NCBI GenBank assembly: GCA_002309765.1 | Contig: DBXY01000022.1 | Span: 134,361 to 198,360 of the forward strand | DNA length: 64,000 nucleotides | Direction: 5' to 3' | DNA from: Verrucomicrobia bacterium UBA1200 | GTDB taxonomy: Bacteria > Verrucomicrobiota > Kiritimatiellia > RFP12 > UBA1067 | Shown here: positions 54,504 through 64,000 of the stretch, piece after piece | Numbering within the stretch: position 1 is the first letter of the stretch | Layout of the letters: each line of letters starts with the position of its first letter | The notes under the pieces: model-generated | The model's database searches: none | The model's input: only the letters and a program-made list of their open reading frames with translations | Told to the model about the DNA's origin: nothing | Translations under genes and position numbers: made by a program

Positions 54504-57374
54504 TTACTTTAATTCAGTCCAATCCAGCGCCCAATATTTGCGGTCGATCTGATACGGATCCATTGAGGGGGAACTTTCGCTGTCCGGAGGAAGCACCCCG
54601 TAACGCACCATCTCGCGGACATACTCGGGCTTGGGCGCAAAACCGGGCATATCGAACCTTTTAACTGTTTCGAGGACCTTCTTGCCATCCTCGATCATCG
54701 CCAAAAGCGCCTGATATCCAGGGTCGTCTTTCGATGCGAACACCGCACTACCGTCAGCATTTTTGCACAAACCCAATCCCCCCGCCTCGCGTGCCAACGG
54801 CGCCCGCAGATAGACGGACTTTTCCGGCCGGGACAAATTGAAAAGCGTGTGGCGGTGGTAGGTTTTCAGCCGGGGATCGTTCCAATCCGGCGTCCAAAAA
54901 CTGATGCCGTTTTCATCCGACAGCGCATGCGGGACCCGCTTCGCGCCGGAATGGCAACAGTCGCAACGGCTGGTGATGGTCGGTTTAGCGGCCACCGTCG
55001 CGGCCCGAACGGTGTCGTTGTTCACAATCTGCTTGTTCTGCATATATCCGCCGATAGAGCCGCATCCCAGCGCGGCGTAGGTGCCGGGATAAGGCGCGGA
55101 ACCGTCCAGCCACTGCATAATAACGCGCCGCTCCGCCGGGGTAACCTCAACCCCGTGGTGCCGTCCGGAGATTTTTTCCATCAATGGACTGCCGCCGCTA
55201 CCCCGGGCGTATGGCGGCCAATCGCTCTTTTCGGAGTTGCGCCCGTCATACACCTGATTGTGGGAAATGAGGCTGTAATACGACATCGAAAACATTACGC
55301 CATGGTCGCCGCACAAATCGACGCCGCCTTTCCGGCTGTCCGGATTGTGGCATTTCACGCACGCCCGGTCCAAGATCGGCTGCATGTCGCGCGGGAAATC
55401 GGGGACGTCAAATGCGAGGCCGGAGGCGTCAAGCTCCGACGGCGCACGCGAAAGAGCCTTGGAGACCGTTACGGTCCGACGAACTGCATTGTCGGTCTTT
55501 ATTTCGTGGCACCCCACGCAACCCAGCTTCTCGCCCGGCATCACCTGCGTGAAGCTTTGCATCCGTTTTACGGCCCGCCCGTCGCCGTCCAGCGCAACGA
55601 AGAAGAGCGACTTCAACGCCGGCGCCCGGAAATACGCGCTCCCGTCGTCTTCAACCGGAACCGTGCCCAGCAGTCTGGTTAGCGTGAAGGTGCCGCCATA
55701 GGTTAGCGGATCCATCCCGCCGGTGTAATTGATCGGCTTCGGAAGACTTTCCATAACCATAAGTTTTTTCACCGTCCCCGGTTTCACGCCCTGCATGCTG
55801 CGGCTGGTGAGGACATTCTCAAGATAAAACTCGCCGGTTTTGGACGTAAGGTCGGTGCGGTCGGCATGCAGTTCCTCGCGAGAATGCGCTAACAGCGGAC
55901 GCGGCTCACTGATCTGCGAGCCAGCGGGTGCGCCTTCGAACTGCGTGAACTCTCTGGGCATGTCAAAGAGCTTTAGCGTTTTTCCGGCTCGGTTCATCAG
56001 GAAAACTTCATCCCCGGTCGTGGCCATAAACAACTCGGGAGAGAATGCCCAAGGGTCATAACAGCGCACCTTCGAGAGTTGCCGGATATTCCCCCGGTTG
56101 TCCGTCCCGGATTTCGTTGAGAGCAGACTGAGATATCCGCCGTGCTCGAAACTCCCGTGCCCGGGCGAATCGATCAATATCACCTCATCTGAACCTGGCA
56201 CCGGTTTGGCGTCAATATACACGCTGCCGGGATAGGTGTTGCCCTGATACACCTGATGCTGCGTTCCGTCCTGATTCATTGTCCAAAGATGGTGGAACGT
56301 CACCTGGCGGCGATCGACATACTCCCAGCGCATATACAGAATGCGCCCGTCGGGCAGCAGCCAAGGAGTGTTGTCGTGCTCGATGTTCGCGGAGAGCATC
56401 CGGATGCCGGTCCCATCCGGACGCATGCGGTAGATGTTGGCCACCTGCGTGAGCCAGCAGTTCACCCAACGCCGGCAGCGCGACGAAACAAACACGATAT
56501 CGCCATCGGGAAGCCAAGCCGGCTCTATATCGTCATACTCGCCGAAGGTAAGCTGTTTCAGCCCCGTGCCGTCGGAATTGATGGTGTAAAGGTGGTAGCG
56601 TACATCGTTTCCCGGCCGGTACGAAAAGAGAATCGTGCGACCATCGTAATGTACGCACGGATCGCGTACCGCACCCGCCAAATCTTCCAAAATTACGCGG
56701 AACGACTGGGTCTTGATATTGTACGCCACCAATCTTCCCTGCCGATTCAGGATCGTCCAATCCCGCGCATAACAGTAATATCCGAAATTAGCGTACCAGT
56801 GTTCCCGCGTGTGGGTGCGCGTGGCGAAAACTATCTCGTCCACCTTCCCGAAATCCCCGGCAAGCAGTTTGTCGTAAAGCGTTCCGACGGCCGGTACCTT
56901 GTCTTCTTCGGGTTGTTCCGGCGGCTTATCGGTGTTGTAGAACGTCATGCTGTCGAGGTTGACCGGGAGCGAGGGGGCGACAATCCGGAGCCGCGCCCCC
57001 TCCGGGACGGAGAACTTCGCCAGATAACTGCTCATCGTGTGGTAATCGCCAGAATCAGGGAACTCCACATCGCCCAGATGGGTATCGCCGTCGAAGAACT
57101 GAAGCCGCGCCTTCTTCCCGTTGCTTTGCGTCCCATAGGAGAAGAGAATCCACTTCGCGGCGGGTACTTTGGCGTATTGCACACCCCGCCCTTCCTGAAA
57201 GTAGGCCAAAATCGCGCCGCCGGAGGCGTTGGCGATCTTGGTATAGACCTCCGCCTTCTTTCCGTCTGGTGCCGGCAATATCGTCCCGCTTTCGGCCTCA
57301 ATCTTTGTCTGGGCAATTACCGAACCGGCACACGCCAAACCAAGCAAAAGCGTATAAAGCAATCTGTTTTTCAT
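54504..57374 (-). CDS. secreted CBM-like + beta-propeller protein with three C-terminal CxxCH motifs (HzsA-related / PSCyt-like), paralog 3
   Basis: ATG 57374 forms an ATGA overlap with the hydE stop. The signal is KNRLLYTLLLGLACAGSVIA. The N-terminal KIEAESGTI...GARLRIV is CBM6/35-like. MRWEYVDRRQ is a propeller block. The heme-type motifs are CVGCHE, CVKCHNPDSRKGGVDL (PSCyt1-like) and CDCCH. Confidence 0.7.
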   Translation of the reverse strand: MKNRLLYTLLLGLACAGSVIAQTKIEAESGTILPAPDGKKAEVYTKIANASGGAILAYFQEGRGVQYAKVPAAKWILFSYGTQSNGKKARLQFFDGDTHLGDVEFPDSGDYHTMSSYLAKFSVPEGARLRIVAPSLPVNLDSMTFYNTDKPPEQPEEDKVPAVGTLYDKLLAGDFGKVDEIVFATRTHTREHWYANFGYYCYARDWTILNRQGRLVAYNIKTQSFRVILEDLAGAVRDPCVHYDGRTILFSYRPGNDVRYHLYTINSDGTGLKQLTFGEYDDIEPAWLPDGDIVFVSSRCRRWVNCWLTQVANIYRMRPDGTGIRMLSANIEHDNTPWLLPDGRILYMRWEYVDRRQVTFHHLWTMNQDGTQHQVYQGNTYPGSVYIDAKPVPGSDEVILIDSPGHGSFEHGGYLSLLSTKSGTDNRGNIRQLSKVRCYDPWAFSPELFMATTGDEVFLMNRAGKTLKLFDMPREFTQFEGAPAGSQISEPRPLLAHSREELHADRTDLTSKTGEFYLENVLTSRSMQGVKPGTVKKLMVMESLPKPINYTGGMDPLTYGGTFTLTRLLGTVPVEDDGSAYFRAPALKSLFFVALDGDGRAVKRMQSFTQVMPGEKLGCVGCHEIKTDNAVRRTVTVSKALSRAPSELDASGLAFDVPDFPRDMQPILDRACVKCHNPDSRKGGVDLCGDHGVMFSMSYYSLISHNQVYDGRNSEKSDWPPYARGSGGSPLMEKISGRHHGVEVTPAERRVIMQWLDGSAPYPGTYAALGCGSIGGYMQNKQIVNNDTVRAATVAAKPTITSRCDCCHSGAKRVPHALSDENGISFWTPDWNDPRLKTYHRHTLFNLSRPEKSVYLRAPLAREAGGLGLCKNADGSAVFASKDDPGYQALLAMIEDGKKVLETVKRFDMPGFAPKPEYVREMVRYGVLPPDSESSPSMDPYQIDRKYWALDWTELK

Positions 57375-58471
57375 AAGCATCCCCCGTCTTGTCTCTTTTT
57401 GTAATGGCGGCTATCCCCGTATTGACCGTATAACACCGTTTCCCCGATCGACTCTAGACGGCTCTCAAGGCAACCCTTGCACATGCCGGCATTTTCGTTG
57501 AGGCACGGCTTGCCGGCGTAGAGCTGGTAGCTCCGGCGGTACCTGACATCCGTGATGTTCGGCATTATCACATTCGCCCCGGCCATAACCCCGCGTTCCC
57601 GTCCGTCCTCCGCAAGCGCCTGCAACGCGGTGGCGGCGGCAATGTTCACATCGTGAAGATACAGCCGTGTCACGGCTATCATCTTTAGCCCCATAAGCAA
57701 CCGCTCTTCGGTGGTCACGTGTCCGGCTTCCTGTCCCAACGGCGTTTGTTCATGCGGTATGTAAGGTCCCATGCCGATCATGTCCACGTCCATTCTCGCG
57801 TAAAACTCGATGTCGCGCGCAAGGTCGGCCAGCGTCTGGCCCGGCAGCATGCACATCACCCCGGTGCCGACCTGGTACCCGGTTCTGCGCAACGCCCGAA
57901 GACACTCCACCCGCCGTGCCCAATCGCACTCCGCCGGATGGATCCGGGCGTAAAGCTCCGGGTTCGAGGTTTCGATGCGCAGCAGATAGCGGGACGCGCC
58001 TGCCGCCTTCCATCGGGCGTAAACCGATTCTTCCTGTTCCCCGAGCGAAAGCGTCACCCCAAGGTTGAGGTGCCGGATCCGTTCCAAAACGTTTTCGATA
58101 AACGCCGTATGGGATTCGCTTTCGATCTCGCCGCTTTGGATAACCAGCGAGGCATACCCGAGGGCTTTGGATTCTTCCGCCGCCGCGACGATCTCGTCCG
58201 CGGAAAGCGAATAACGGGTGACCGCGGCGTTTGATTTTCTGATCCCGCAATAGAAGCAATCCTTGGCGCACGTGTTGCCCGCTTCGACCAAACCGCGCAT
58301 CGCGATGCCTTTGCCGCAGCATTTGAGTTTCAGTTTCCGGGCGGCGTCAAACATTCGCGACAGTTCTTCCGGATCCTCGACGCCCAACAGCGTCTCCAGC
58401 TCCGCCAACGCCAGGTTTTGCGGATGTTCAACGGCTTTCGCCATAATTGTCGCTATCGTGTCGCTCATCAA
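57371..58471 (-). CDS. hydE: HydE-like radical SAM protein ([FeFe]-hydrogenase maturase HydE family)
   Basis: CAKDCFYCGIRKSN (CxxxCxxC), LSLGE, WKAAGASRYLLRIETSN, GVMCMLPGQT and MIGMGPYIPH match the HydE block pattern as I recall it. They do not match BioB (CPEDCKYC). Confidence 0.65.
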   Translation of the reverse strand: MMSDTIATIMAKAVEHPQNLALAELETLLGVEDPEELSRMFDAARKLKLKCCGKGIAMRGLVEAGNTCAKDCFYCGIRKSNAAVTRYSLSADEIVAAAEESKALGYASLVIQSGEIESESHTAFIENVLERIRHLNLGVTLSLGEQEESVYARWKAAGASRYLLRIETSNPELYARIHPAECDWARRVECLRALRRTGYQVGTGVMCMLPGQTLADLARDIEFYARMDVDMIGMGPYIPHEQTPLGQEAGHVTTEERLLMGLKMIAVTRLYLHDVNIAAATALQALAEDGRERGVMAGANVIMPNITDVRYRRSYQLYAGKPCLNENAGMCKGCLESRLESIGETVLYGQYGDSRHYKKRQDGGCL

Positions 58472-58482
58472 CTCTCTCCGCG

Positions 58483-59052
58483 TCAGCCGAGATCCGGCGC
58501 AGGGCTGCCAACCAAACTGCGGGCCAGATCCACCGCCTCCAACGGCAACCCCATAATATTTTCATAACCGCCGGTGTAGGCCGCCACCAAACGTTCCCCA
58601 TGGTCGTCGATGTCGTAAGCCCCCGCCCGGTCGGTCGGACGCGCCAACGCCACGTACTCCGCAATGTCTGCTTCGGAGAGCGGACGGAAGGTAACTTCCG
58701 ATTTCACCACCAGTGTCTTTTCCTCGCCGGGCCACCCCACCGCCACCCCGGTGTAAACAACATGGGTATTGCCGCCCAACTCTCGGAGCATTTGCGCCGC
58801 CTCGATCAAATCTCGCGGTTTGCCGTAGATTTTCCCGTCAAACCAAACAATGGTGTCAGCAGCCAGCACCGGCGCGTCGCCGCCGTTGCAAGCCCGAAAC
58901 TTGTTCAGCGCGTTAGTCCGCACCGTGAGTTCCGGATCGCCGGGGATGGAAACCTCCGCCGCCTCGGTGGGGCGAACCTCAAACTCCAAGCCCGCCGCCG
59001 CCAGTATTTTCGCACGTCGCGGAGATTTTGACGCCAGAATCAGCATGGGCAT
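58483..59052 (-). CDS. maf: Maf-family nucleoside triphosphate pyrophosphatase
   Basis: LILASKSPRRAKIL, GKPRD and AGAYDID are typical Maf blocks. Confidence 0.85.
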   Translation of the reverse strand: MPMLILASKSPRRAKILAAAGLEFEVRPTEAAEVSIPGDPELTVRTNALNKFRACNGGDAPVLAADTIVWFDGKIYGKPRDLIEAAQMLRELGGNTHVVYTGVAVGWPGEEKTLVVKSEVTFRPLSEADIAEYVALARPTDRAGAYDIDDHGERLVAAYTGGYENIMGLPLEAVDLARSLVGSPAPDLG

Positions 59053-59945
59053 CCCGTCCGGAAAAGCCGTTCAACCAGTTCTGCCGGCGGCGGCTGCCCG
59101 CCCGGCAAAGTACAGGCGGCAGAACCCGCCGCCACCGCCCATTGAGCGGCGGAACCGGATTTTTCCGCAAACCGCCGCCAACACCATTCCGCAAGCAGGG
59201 TGTCTCCGGCAGCGGTGGTGTCAACCGCGCCCACCTCCGGAGCCGGACAAAATTCGCCGTTGAACCAAGCGCCGGACGCACCGTCGGAGACAATCACCTC
59301 CGGCGCAAAACGCTGTAACTCCACAGTGGCGCGGCGGAACTCGTCCGGGGTGCGCGGAACAAAGCCTACCAAATCGGCGCACTCGTCGGCATTGGGTTTA
59401 ATCACCGAGGGATGCGCGGCGGCGGCGCAGCGTAACACTTCGCCGCTGGCATCCAATACCACCGTCGCGCCACGCTGACGGAGCAACCGCACGCAACGGG
59501 CATAAAAATCCTTGGGGCAGCATGGCGGCAACGATCCAGAAAGCACGAACACCGCGTCGGTGTCGTTTTCGTAACCTTGGAAAAACGCGTGCAGCGGCGG
59601 CAGCTCCGCAAGGTTGGGAAACGCGGCCCGGTTGAGCTTGAACCCGCCGCCCGGCCACACGATCATCTCGTTGCGGCGGGTTGGTCCGGGAACCCGCACA
59701 AAGGCGTCGGCGATCCCGTAGCGCGACAGTTCGCTTTCAAACACCGCCGCGTTGTCCTTGCCCAAAAGCCCGCCGCACGCTACCTCGGCGCCGCGGGTGG
59801 CGAGGTATCTGGCGACGTTAAGCCCCTTGCCGCCGGCGTTTTCCAAATCACGGACGTTTTTCATCACCGCGCCGTTTTTAGGTTCGCCATCCACCGTGAC
59901 CGTGGCATCCACCGCCGGACTCATGCACAAACAAAAGAATCTCAT
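59040..59945 (-). CDS. PfkB-family hexose-phosphate kinase (1-phosphofructokinase / tagatose-6-P kinase-like)
   Basis: SPAVDATV, NAGGKGLNVARYL and DTTAAGDT motifs. Confidence 0.7.
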   Translation of the reverse strand: MRFFCLCMSPAVDATVTVDGEPKNGAVMKNVRDLENAGGKGLNVARYLATRGAEVACGGLLGKDNAAVFESELSRYGIADAFVRVPGPTRRNEMIVWPGGGFKLNRAAFPNLAELPPLHAFFQGYENDTDAVFVLSGSLPPCCPKDFYARCVRLLRQRGATVVLDASGEVLRCAAAAHPSVIKPNADECADLVGFVPRTPDEFRRATVELQRFAPEVIVSDGASGAWFNGEFCPAPEVGAVDTTAAGDTLLAEWCWRRFAEKSGSAAQWAVAAGSAACTLPGGQPPPAELVERLFRTGCPC

Positions 59946-60577
59946 GGGCTAACCTCCCCGACCCGAACGCCAGTACCGGCCGCCGGTTTTTCGTCCTCCC
60001 ACAGACGATGCTTCGAACCGGACAGCTCTTTGAATTTCAGACGGACTTCGTCGCCGGAGGCGTAACTCAACTCTACGCGCTCCAGAGTCTCCGAACCGAA
60101 AAGCTCCGCCCGGCGTAGGAATTTGGCGATTTGCGACCGCTGCGGCGTCACCGCCATCTTCCATCCGCCATTCGGCGCGGAACTCCACTCGAAACTAAAC
60201 TCGCGGTCAAACGCTTTGGCGTCGCCGGCCACGAAATCGTCGACCATTTTCCGCAGTTGACCATAGTGCTGGAGCTGCTTAAGCGGCTTGACCTCTGTGT
60301 AATGCTCGTGAACAAACTCCATCGAGTTGGTGGTCATGCGGATCTGGCTCATCAGCGGTTCCTGCGTTTGCCAGACTATGCCCCGCCCGGCGCAGCAGGA
60401 AACCTGGCCCGACGACTCCAGCTCCAGCTGGGCGGAAGCGAGTTTCTTGGTCATCACCCACTCCGCGTCCGCGTCCATCGCCCTTCTGACCGCGGCGGAG
60501 AAGCGCTCCGGGATTTCCGCCGCCAGCGAAACCCATCCGCACCACGCCAACGCAACCAAAGGCAAAAACTTCTTCAT
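59942..60577 (-). CDS. secreted LolA-like / hypothetical protein
   Basis: The signal is MKKFLPLVALAWCGWVSLAA. The size and beta-rich pattern resemble LolA-like proteins often paired with thioesterases. This is a weak call. Confidence 0.35.
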   Translation of the reverse strand: MKKFLPLVALAWCGWVSLAAEIPERFSAAVRRAMDADAEWVMTKKLASAQLELESSGQVSCCAGRGIVWQTQEPLMSQIRMTTNSMEFVHEHYTEVKPLKQLQHYGQLRKMVDDFVAGDAKAFDREFSFEWSSAPNGGWKMAVTPQRSQIAKFLRRAELFGSETLERVELSYASGDEVRLKFKELSGSKHRLWEDEKPAAGTGVRVGEVSP

Positions 60578-60580
60578 CGG

Positions 60581-60991
60581 CTACTCCAGGTTACCTTGAC
60601 GCAAACGCTCCCAGAACAAAGTCGGCAGCTCAAACAGCAACTCTCGCGTGCCGCGGGAAATCGCGGCGTGGCGCGTGGTGCCGCGGCATAAGCGTTCTCC
60701 GGTGGCGATATCCGTCACGGTGTAGTTCAGCACCAGCAAATTACTGTTCTCCGTATCGAAATCCACTCCCACCCCGATACGCTGGCCGAAAACACACGGG
60801 TGCATGTATTTGATGGAAAGCGACACCACCGGCAACAAGAAACCAGCCCGCTCCATGTCACGATAGGTCAAACCAAGCCGTTCAAAAAACGCGCAACGCG
60901 CCTCTTCAAAATATTTGACGTAATTGCCGTGCCAAACGATCTCCATCGAATCGACATCGTAAAACGGCACAGTCAAATCGTAACGGAACAT
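60581..60991 (-). CDS. YbgC/FadM-type 4HBT acyl-CoA thioesterase
   Basis: VPFYDVDSMEIVWHGNYVKYFEEAR is the hotdog-fold catalytic Asp region. Confidence 0.8.
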   Translation of the reverse strand: MFRYDLTVPFYDVDSMEIVWHGNYVKYFEEARCAFFERLGLTYRDMERAGFLLPVVSLSIKYMHPCVFGQRIGVGVDFDTENSNLLVLNYTVTDIATGERLCRGTTRHAAISRGTRELLFELPTLFWERLRQGNLE

Positions 60992-61485
60992 CAGCCGTTC
61001 ACCTTTTTATCGCCGTCCAGCACTTTTTGGCGCAACCCCTGCTTGTATTGGCGGAATTTCTCGCGCAGTTCGGAGTCGGCGGTTCCGAGAATCTGGACCG
61101 CCAGCAACGCGGCGTTGGTAGGTCCGGCACTGCCCAGCGTGACAGTCGCCACCGGAATGCCCGAAGGCATCTGGAGCGTGGCGTACAACGCGTCCAATCC
61201 GTTCAGCGCGCCGCCCGCCACCGGAATGCCTACCACCGGCAGAACGGTGTGCGCCGCCAAAACCCCGCCCAGATGGGCCGCGCCGCCGGCGGCGGCGATG
61301 ATCACCTTCAAGCCGCGGCTTTCGGCATCGCGCGCGTATTCAAAAGCCAGATCCGGGGTACGGTGCGCGGAAATCACCCTGACTTCATACGGCACCTCAA
61401 AAGACTTAAGGGTGTCCGCCGCTTTCTGAACCAGCGGCCAGTCCGAATCGCTGCCCATTACGATGCCTACCAAAGGGTTGCTCAT
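60991..61485 (-). CDS. purE: 5-(carboxyamino)imidazole ribonucleotide mutase
   Basis: VGIVMGSDSDWP, SAHRTP and AGGAAHLGGVLAA. Confidence 0.9.
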   Translation of the reverse strand: MSNPLVGIVMGSDSDWPLVQKAADTLKSFEVPYEVRVISAHRTPDLAFEYARDAESRGLKVIIAAAGGAAHLGGVLAAHTVLPVVGIPVAGGALNGLDALYATLQMPSGIPVATVTLGSAGPTNAALLAVQILGTADSELREKFRQYKQGLRQKVLDGDKKVNG

Positions 61486-61521
61486 AAAAACTCCTCTTTG
61501 CGTTAAGGGATGGTCCAGCGT

Positions 61522-62583
61522 TTACTCGTTCGGATCGCTGTACACAACCTTGCGCTCGCCCGCCTCAATGCGCCCGATAATCACCGGCTGCTGCTTTTGC
61601 TTCGTGAGCGAAGCCATCGCGGCGGCGGCATCCTTCTCCCGGACGATAATGACGAACCCGATGCCCATGTTGAACACGCGGTACATCTCGTCGCGGTCAA
61701 CGTGGCCTTGGCGCTCGATGAAGGTGAAGATTCGCGGGACTTTCCAAGTGGTGCGGTCGATCACCGCCGTGCAGTTTTCGGGAAGCACCCGCGGGATGTT
61801 ATCGACAAAACCTCCGCCGGTAATGTGGGCCATGCCCTGAATCTGCACGGATTTCATCAAAGCCATGACCGGACGCAAAAAGCTCTTGTGCACCGCCAGC
61901 AGCAGCGAAGAGACCGTAAGCCGCGTACCCGGCAGCACATCCTGCGGGGTCAGGCCGCACTGGTCGAACAGCACCTTGCGGGCCAACGAGAAACCGTTGG
62001 TCTGCAAACCGCCCGACGGCAAACCGATAATCACATCGCCGGGCGCTATGTTTTCGCCGGTAATCACTTTCTTGCGGCTCACCACGCCCACGATGGTTCC
62101 GACCAGATCGTACTCGCCGGTCGGGTACAGCCCCGGCATTTCCGCCGTCTCGCCGCCCAGCAGGGCGCAGCCGTTTTCTTTGCAAGCCTTACAAAGTCCC
62201 GCCACGACATCCTTGAAGATCGCGGTATCGAAACGCGAAGCGCCGATGTAATCCAGGAAAAACAGCGGGGTCGCCCCCTGCACCAGAATGTCATTGACGC
62301 AGTGGTTGACGATGTCCTGCCCCACAGTATCATGCCGCTTGGAGAGTGCCGCCACCTTCAGCTTCGTCCCGACACCGTCCGTGCTGGCCACCAGCAGCAT
62401 ATCCTTGCCCGGCGAAGTAAAAAGTCCGCCAAAGCTACCGATGCCGCCCACCACCCCGGCGGTGGTGGTCTCGCGCACCATCTTTTTGATGTGCTCGATG
62501 CCGGCCATTTTCATGTCAATGTCAACGCCAGCTTGGGCGTATGCGGAATCTTTTCTAGCGGGGCTGTTCTGCGGTGTGGCCAT
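61522..62583 (-). CDS. purM: phosphoribosylformylglycinamidine cyclo-ligase (AIR synthetase)
   Basis: YAQAGVDID, DGVGTKLK, FLDYIA-like FLDYIG and AHITGGG. Confidence 0.9.
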   Translation of the reverse strand: MATPQNSPARKDSAYAQAGVDIDMKMAGIEHIKKMVRETTTAGVVGGIGSFGGLFTSPGKDMLLVASTDGVGTKLKVAALSKRHDTVGQDIVNHCVNDILVQGATPLFFLDYIGASRFDTAIFKDVVAGLCKACKENGCALLGGETAEMPGLYPTGEYDLVGTIVGVVSRKKVITGENIAPGDVIIGLPSGGLQTNGFSLARKVLFDQCGLTPQDVLPGTRLTVSSLLLAVHKSFLRPVMALMKSVQIQGMAHITGGGFVDNIPRVLPENCTAVIDRTTWKVPRIFTFIERQGHVDRDEMYRVFNMGIGFVIIVREKDAAAAMASLTKQKQQPVIIGRIEAGERKVVYSDPNE

Positions 62584-62700
62584 TGTTTACTCCTAAAACG
62601 GGTTGCTGAAAAAAATCGTGCGGGATTTTACCACATTGCGGGTAAAATTTTCCAGCAAAAAAAGCTGGTCCGGGCCTTCGGTCTTGACGGGAGCCTAGGT

Positions 62701-64000
62701 CTACTCTTCGCCACCCCAATTCAACTCGAAACAAGCCGCATAACCGTTGAACTTTCCGGCTTTGGGCGGGATGTAAACGAACACGTAGTAGGAATTGTAG
62801 CCGCTAAGGCACAGCACCGCGCTGCCACTGGCGTTGTAAACCACATTCCGCTCGGTTTTCGGGTCAACCCCAAGATAGAACTTCGCGGTGACCAACACGT
62901 TGCCAGTGGATTGCGCCTTGAGCGTGATATCCCCGTAACTCCCGTCTTCCAACTCCACCTGACTCTGGAGAACGGAACCGGCCATCTCTTTGGCCGTCGA
63001 TTTCCACGGTTCTTTGCTCCACAGGTTCTGGTAACCAGAGAAGTACTCACAGTCCAGATATCCGCCGAAATCGTCGCCACCCACATAAACCGTGGTGGTG
63101 AAGGTCTCCTTGCCGCTCTTGCCGACCACCACCGCCGTGTACAGGTTCGACACCGAATCGTAACTGCAATACGACGCCGCGGTCAAAGTCCACGTCAACC
63201 CTTCGCAGAGGAATTTACCGCTGATCTTTCCGGTGTTCCCCACCGTGAGCGTAAGCTGGCCGTAATCGCTGCCGCCGTCGAATTTCCCGTTCGCCCACTC
63301 CGGCAACGCGGTGATTTCCACCCTGACCACCTGCGATGCCGCCTTGCCAGCCACACTGGAGGAGTCAATCTTCACGTCAAAGGTTCCGGCCTTGGTCGGC
63401 ACCCCGTACAACCGCATCTTCGCGGCATCGTACTTCAATCCGGGCGGCAGGCCGGAGACCTTGACCGTCGGCAGAACGTCGGAAACCACCGCGATCTCCC
63501 GCTCAAACTCCACCCCGACATATCCGTCCCACGCTCCGGCCTCCGGGGCCGTAACCGTCGGTACCGGCACTTCGTCGACCGGACGGAACCGGGCCTCCAG
63601 CTCGAAGTCGTCCTCCGGCATCGTAAAGCTAAAGTTGGGGTTGAGCGACACCAGACCTTCGCTGTCGAACCAACCCACGAACGCCATTTTGACCGGCTTG
63701 GTCGCGGGTGAGGCCTTGAGCGTAACCTTCGCCCCGACCGCGTAACGTCCGGCTCCGGTCACCTTGCCGGCATCGGCGGAGTAGTTTACCGTCACCCGCG
63801 GATTGCCCACAAAGCGGGCGCAGTAGGTTTTGTCCTCCGTAAGGTTGGTAACCACAAAACTCGTCTTGGTGGGCGAAGCCGGCTTGGCGCTGTTGTCCAG
63901 CACCAGCGAAGCGGTGGTACACACCGGCTCCTCGCTGCCGTACTCGTACCAGCCGATGAACGTAAACCCGCTGTTGGCGCTGGCCCGCAAGGTAATCCGC
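62701..64000 (-). CDS. surface protein with Listeria-Bacteroides (InlB B-type) repeats and Ig-like domains (partial; 5' end outside the window)
   Basis: The frame stays open to the window end. GFTFIGWY and MAFVGWFD are Flg_new-type repeat signatures. VSGLPPGLKYD is putative-Ig (He_PIG-like). Confidence 0.5.
   Translation of the reverse strand, partial: RITLRASANSGFTFIGWYEYGSEEPVCTTASLVLDNSAKPASPTKTSFVVTNLTEDKTYCARFVGNPRVTVNYSADAGKVTGAGRYAVGAKVTLKASPATKPVKMAFVGWFDSEGLVSLNPNFSFTMPEDDFELEARFRPVDEVPVPTVTAPEAGAWDGYVGVEFEREIAVVSDVLPTVKVSGLPPGLKYDAAKMRLYGVPTKAGTFDVKIDSSSVAGKAASQVVRVEITALPEWANGKFDGGSDYGQLTLTVGNTGKISGKFLCEGLTWTLTAASYCSYDSVSNLYTAVVVGKSGKETFTTTVYVGGDDFGGYLDCEYFSGYQNLWSKEPWKSTAKEMAGSVLQSQVELEDGSYGDITLKAQSTGNVLVTAKFYLGVDPKTERNVVYNASGSAVLCLSGYNSYYVFVYIPPKAGKFNGYAACFELNWGGEE

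Noticed and set aside
57371-58471. Biotin synthase (bioB), or PylB/ThiH, as the identity of the radical SAM gene
   Set aside because: The Cys box CAKDCFYCGIR and the blocks LSLGE, RYLLRIETSN, LPGQT and GMGPYIPH fit HydE better than BioB (CPEDCKYC, YNHNL). PylB/HmdB-like relatives cannot be excluded without an HMM or tree, so confidence is kept moderate.
62625-62633. Extended -10 promoter (TGGTAAAAT on the minus strand) for purM, and a TTGTAT-17-TAAATT promoter near 15400 for the giant gene
   Set aside because: A single weak hexamer match without a convincing -35 box is too easy to find by chance in AT-richer spacers, so these are not listed as features.
61510-63711. 733-aa plus-strand ORF antisense to purM and the surface-protein gene
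   Set aside because: Same reasoning. purM on the opposite strand has unambiguous motifs (DGVGTKLK, AHITGGG), and the plus-strand product is Arg/His/Gly-rich with no motifs.

Overview
Densely coding, high-GC bacterial chromosomal window (roughly 60-65% G+C by hand counts on a few lines). I saw no rRNA, tRNA, CRISPR array, transposase or integrase. Contents: (1) Secreted glycoconjugate-degrading enzymes: two GH2 enzymes, a sialate O-acetylesterase, a ceramidase-like hydrolase, GH20-like and GH89-like enzymes, Tat-exported MBL-fold and metallophosphoesterase proteins, and a BspA-type LRR protein. (2) Three paralogous secreted beta-propeller proteins with C-terminal CxxCH motifs (HzsA-related / PSCyt-like). 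Two sit in tandem and share a perfectly identical 242-nt 3' tract. The third is translationally coupled to a HydE-like radical SAM gene. (3) A 2012-aa adhesin-like giant with two PA14-like modules. (4) Housekeeping genes: cysK, purC, purE, purM, iorAB, hemW, nrnA, maf and recC-recB-recD. (5) A SIS / PfkB / Gfo-Idh-MocA sugar operon. (6) A visibly lower-GC cassette between recD and the LRR gene. It encodes a standalone sigma-70 region-4 mini-protein, a highly charged ~110-aa partner with the same acidic motif at both termini, and a membrane-anchored orphan. Intergenic DNA carries a composite repeat family that the genes do not explain: phased CTTTGCG 9-mers ending in CTAAAAA, CAAACCGT-type 8-mer arrays, GGTTAGCCCGC GC-hairpins and an 84-nt long hairpin. 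Gene content suggests a saccharolytic PVC-type bacterium (Lentisphaerota / Kiritimatiellota / Verrucomicrobiota-like). That is inference only. All family calls come from motif recognition by eye, not from searches.
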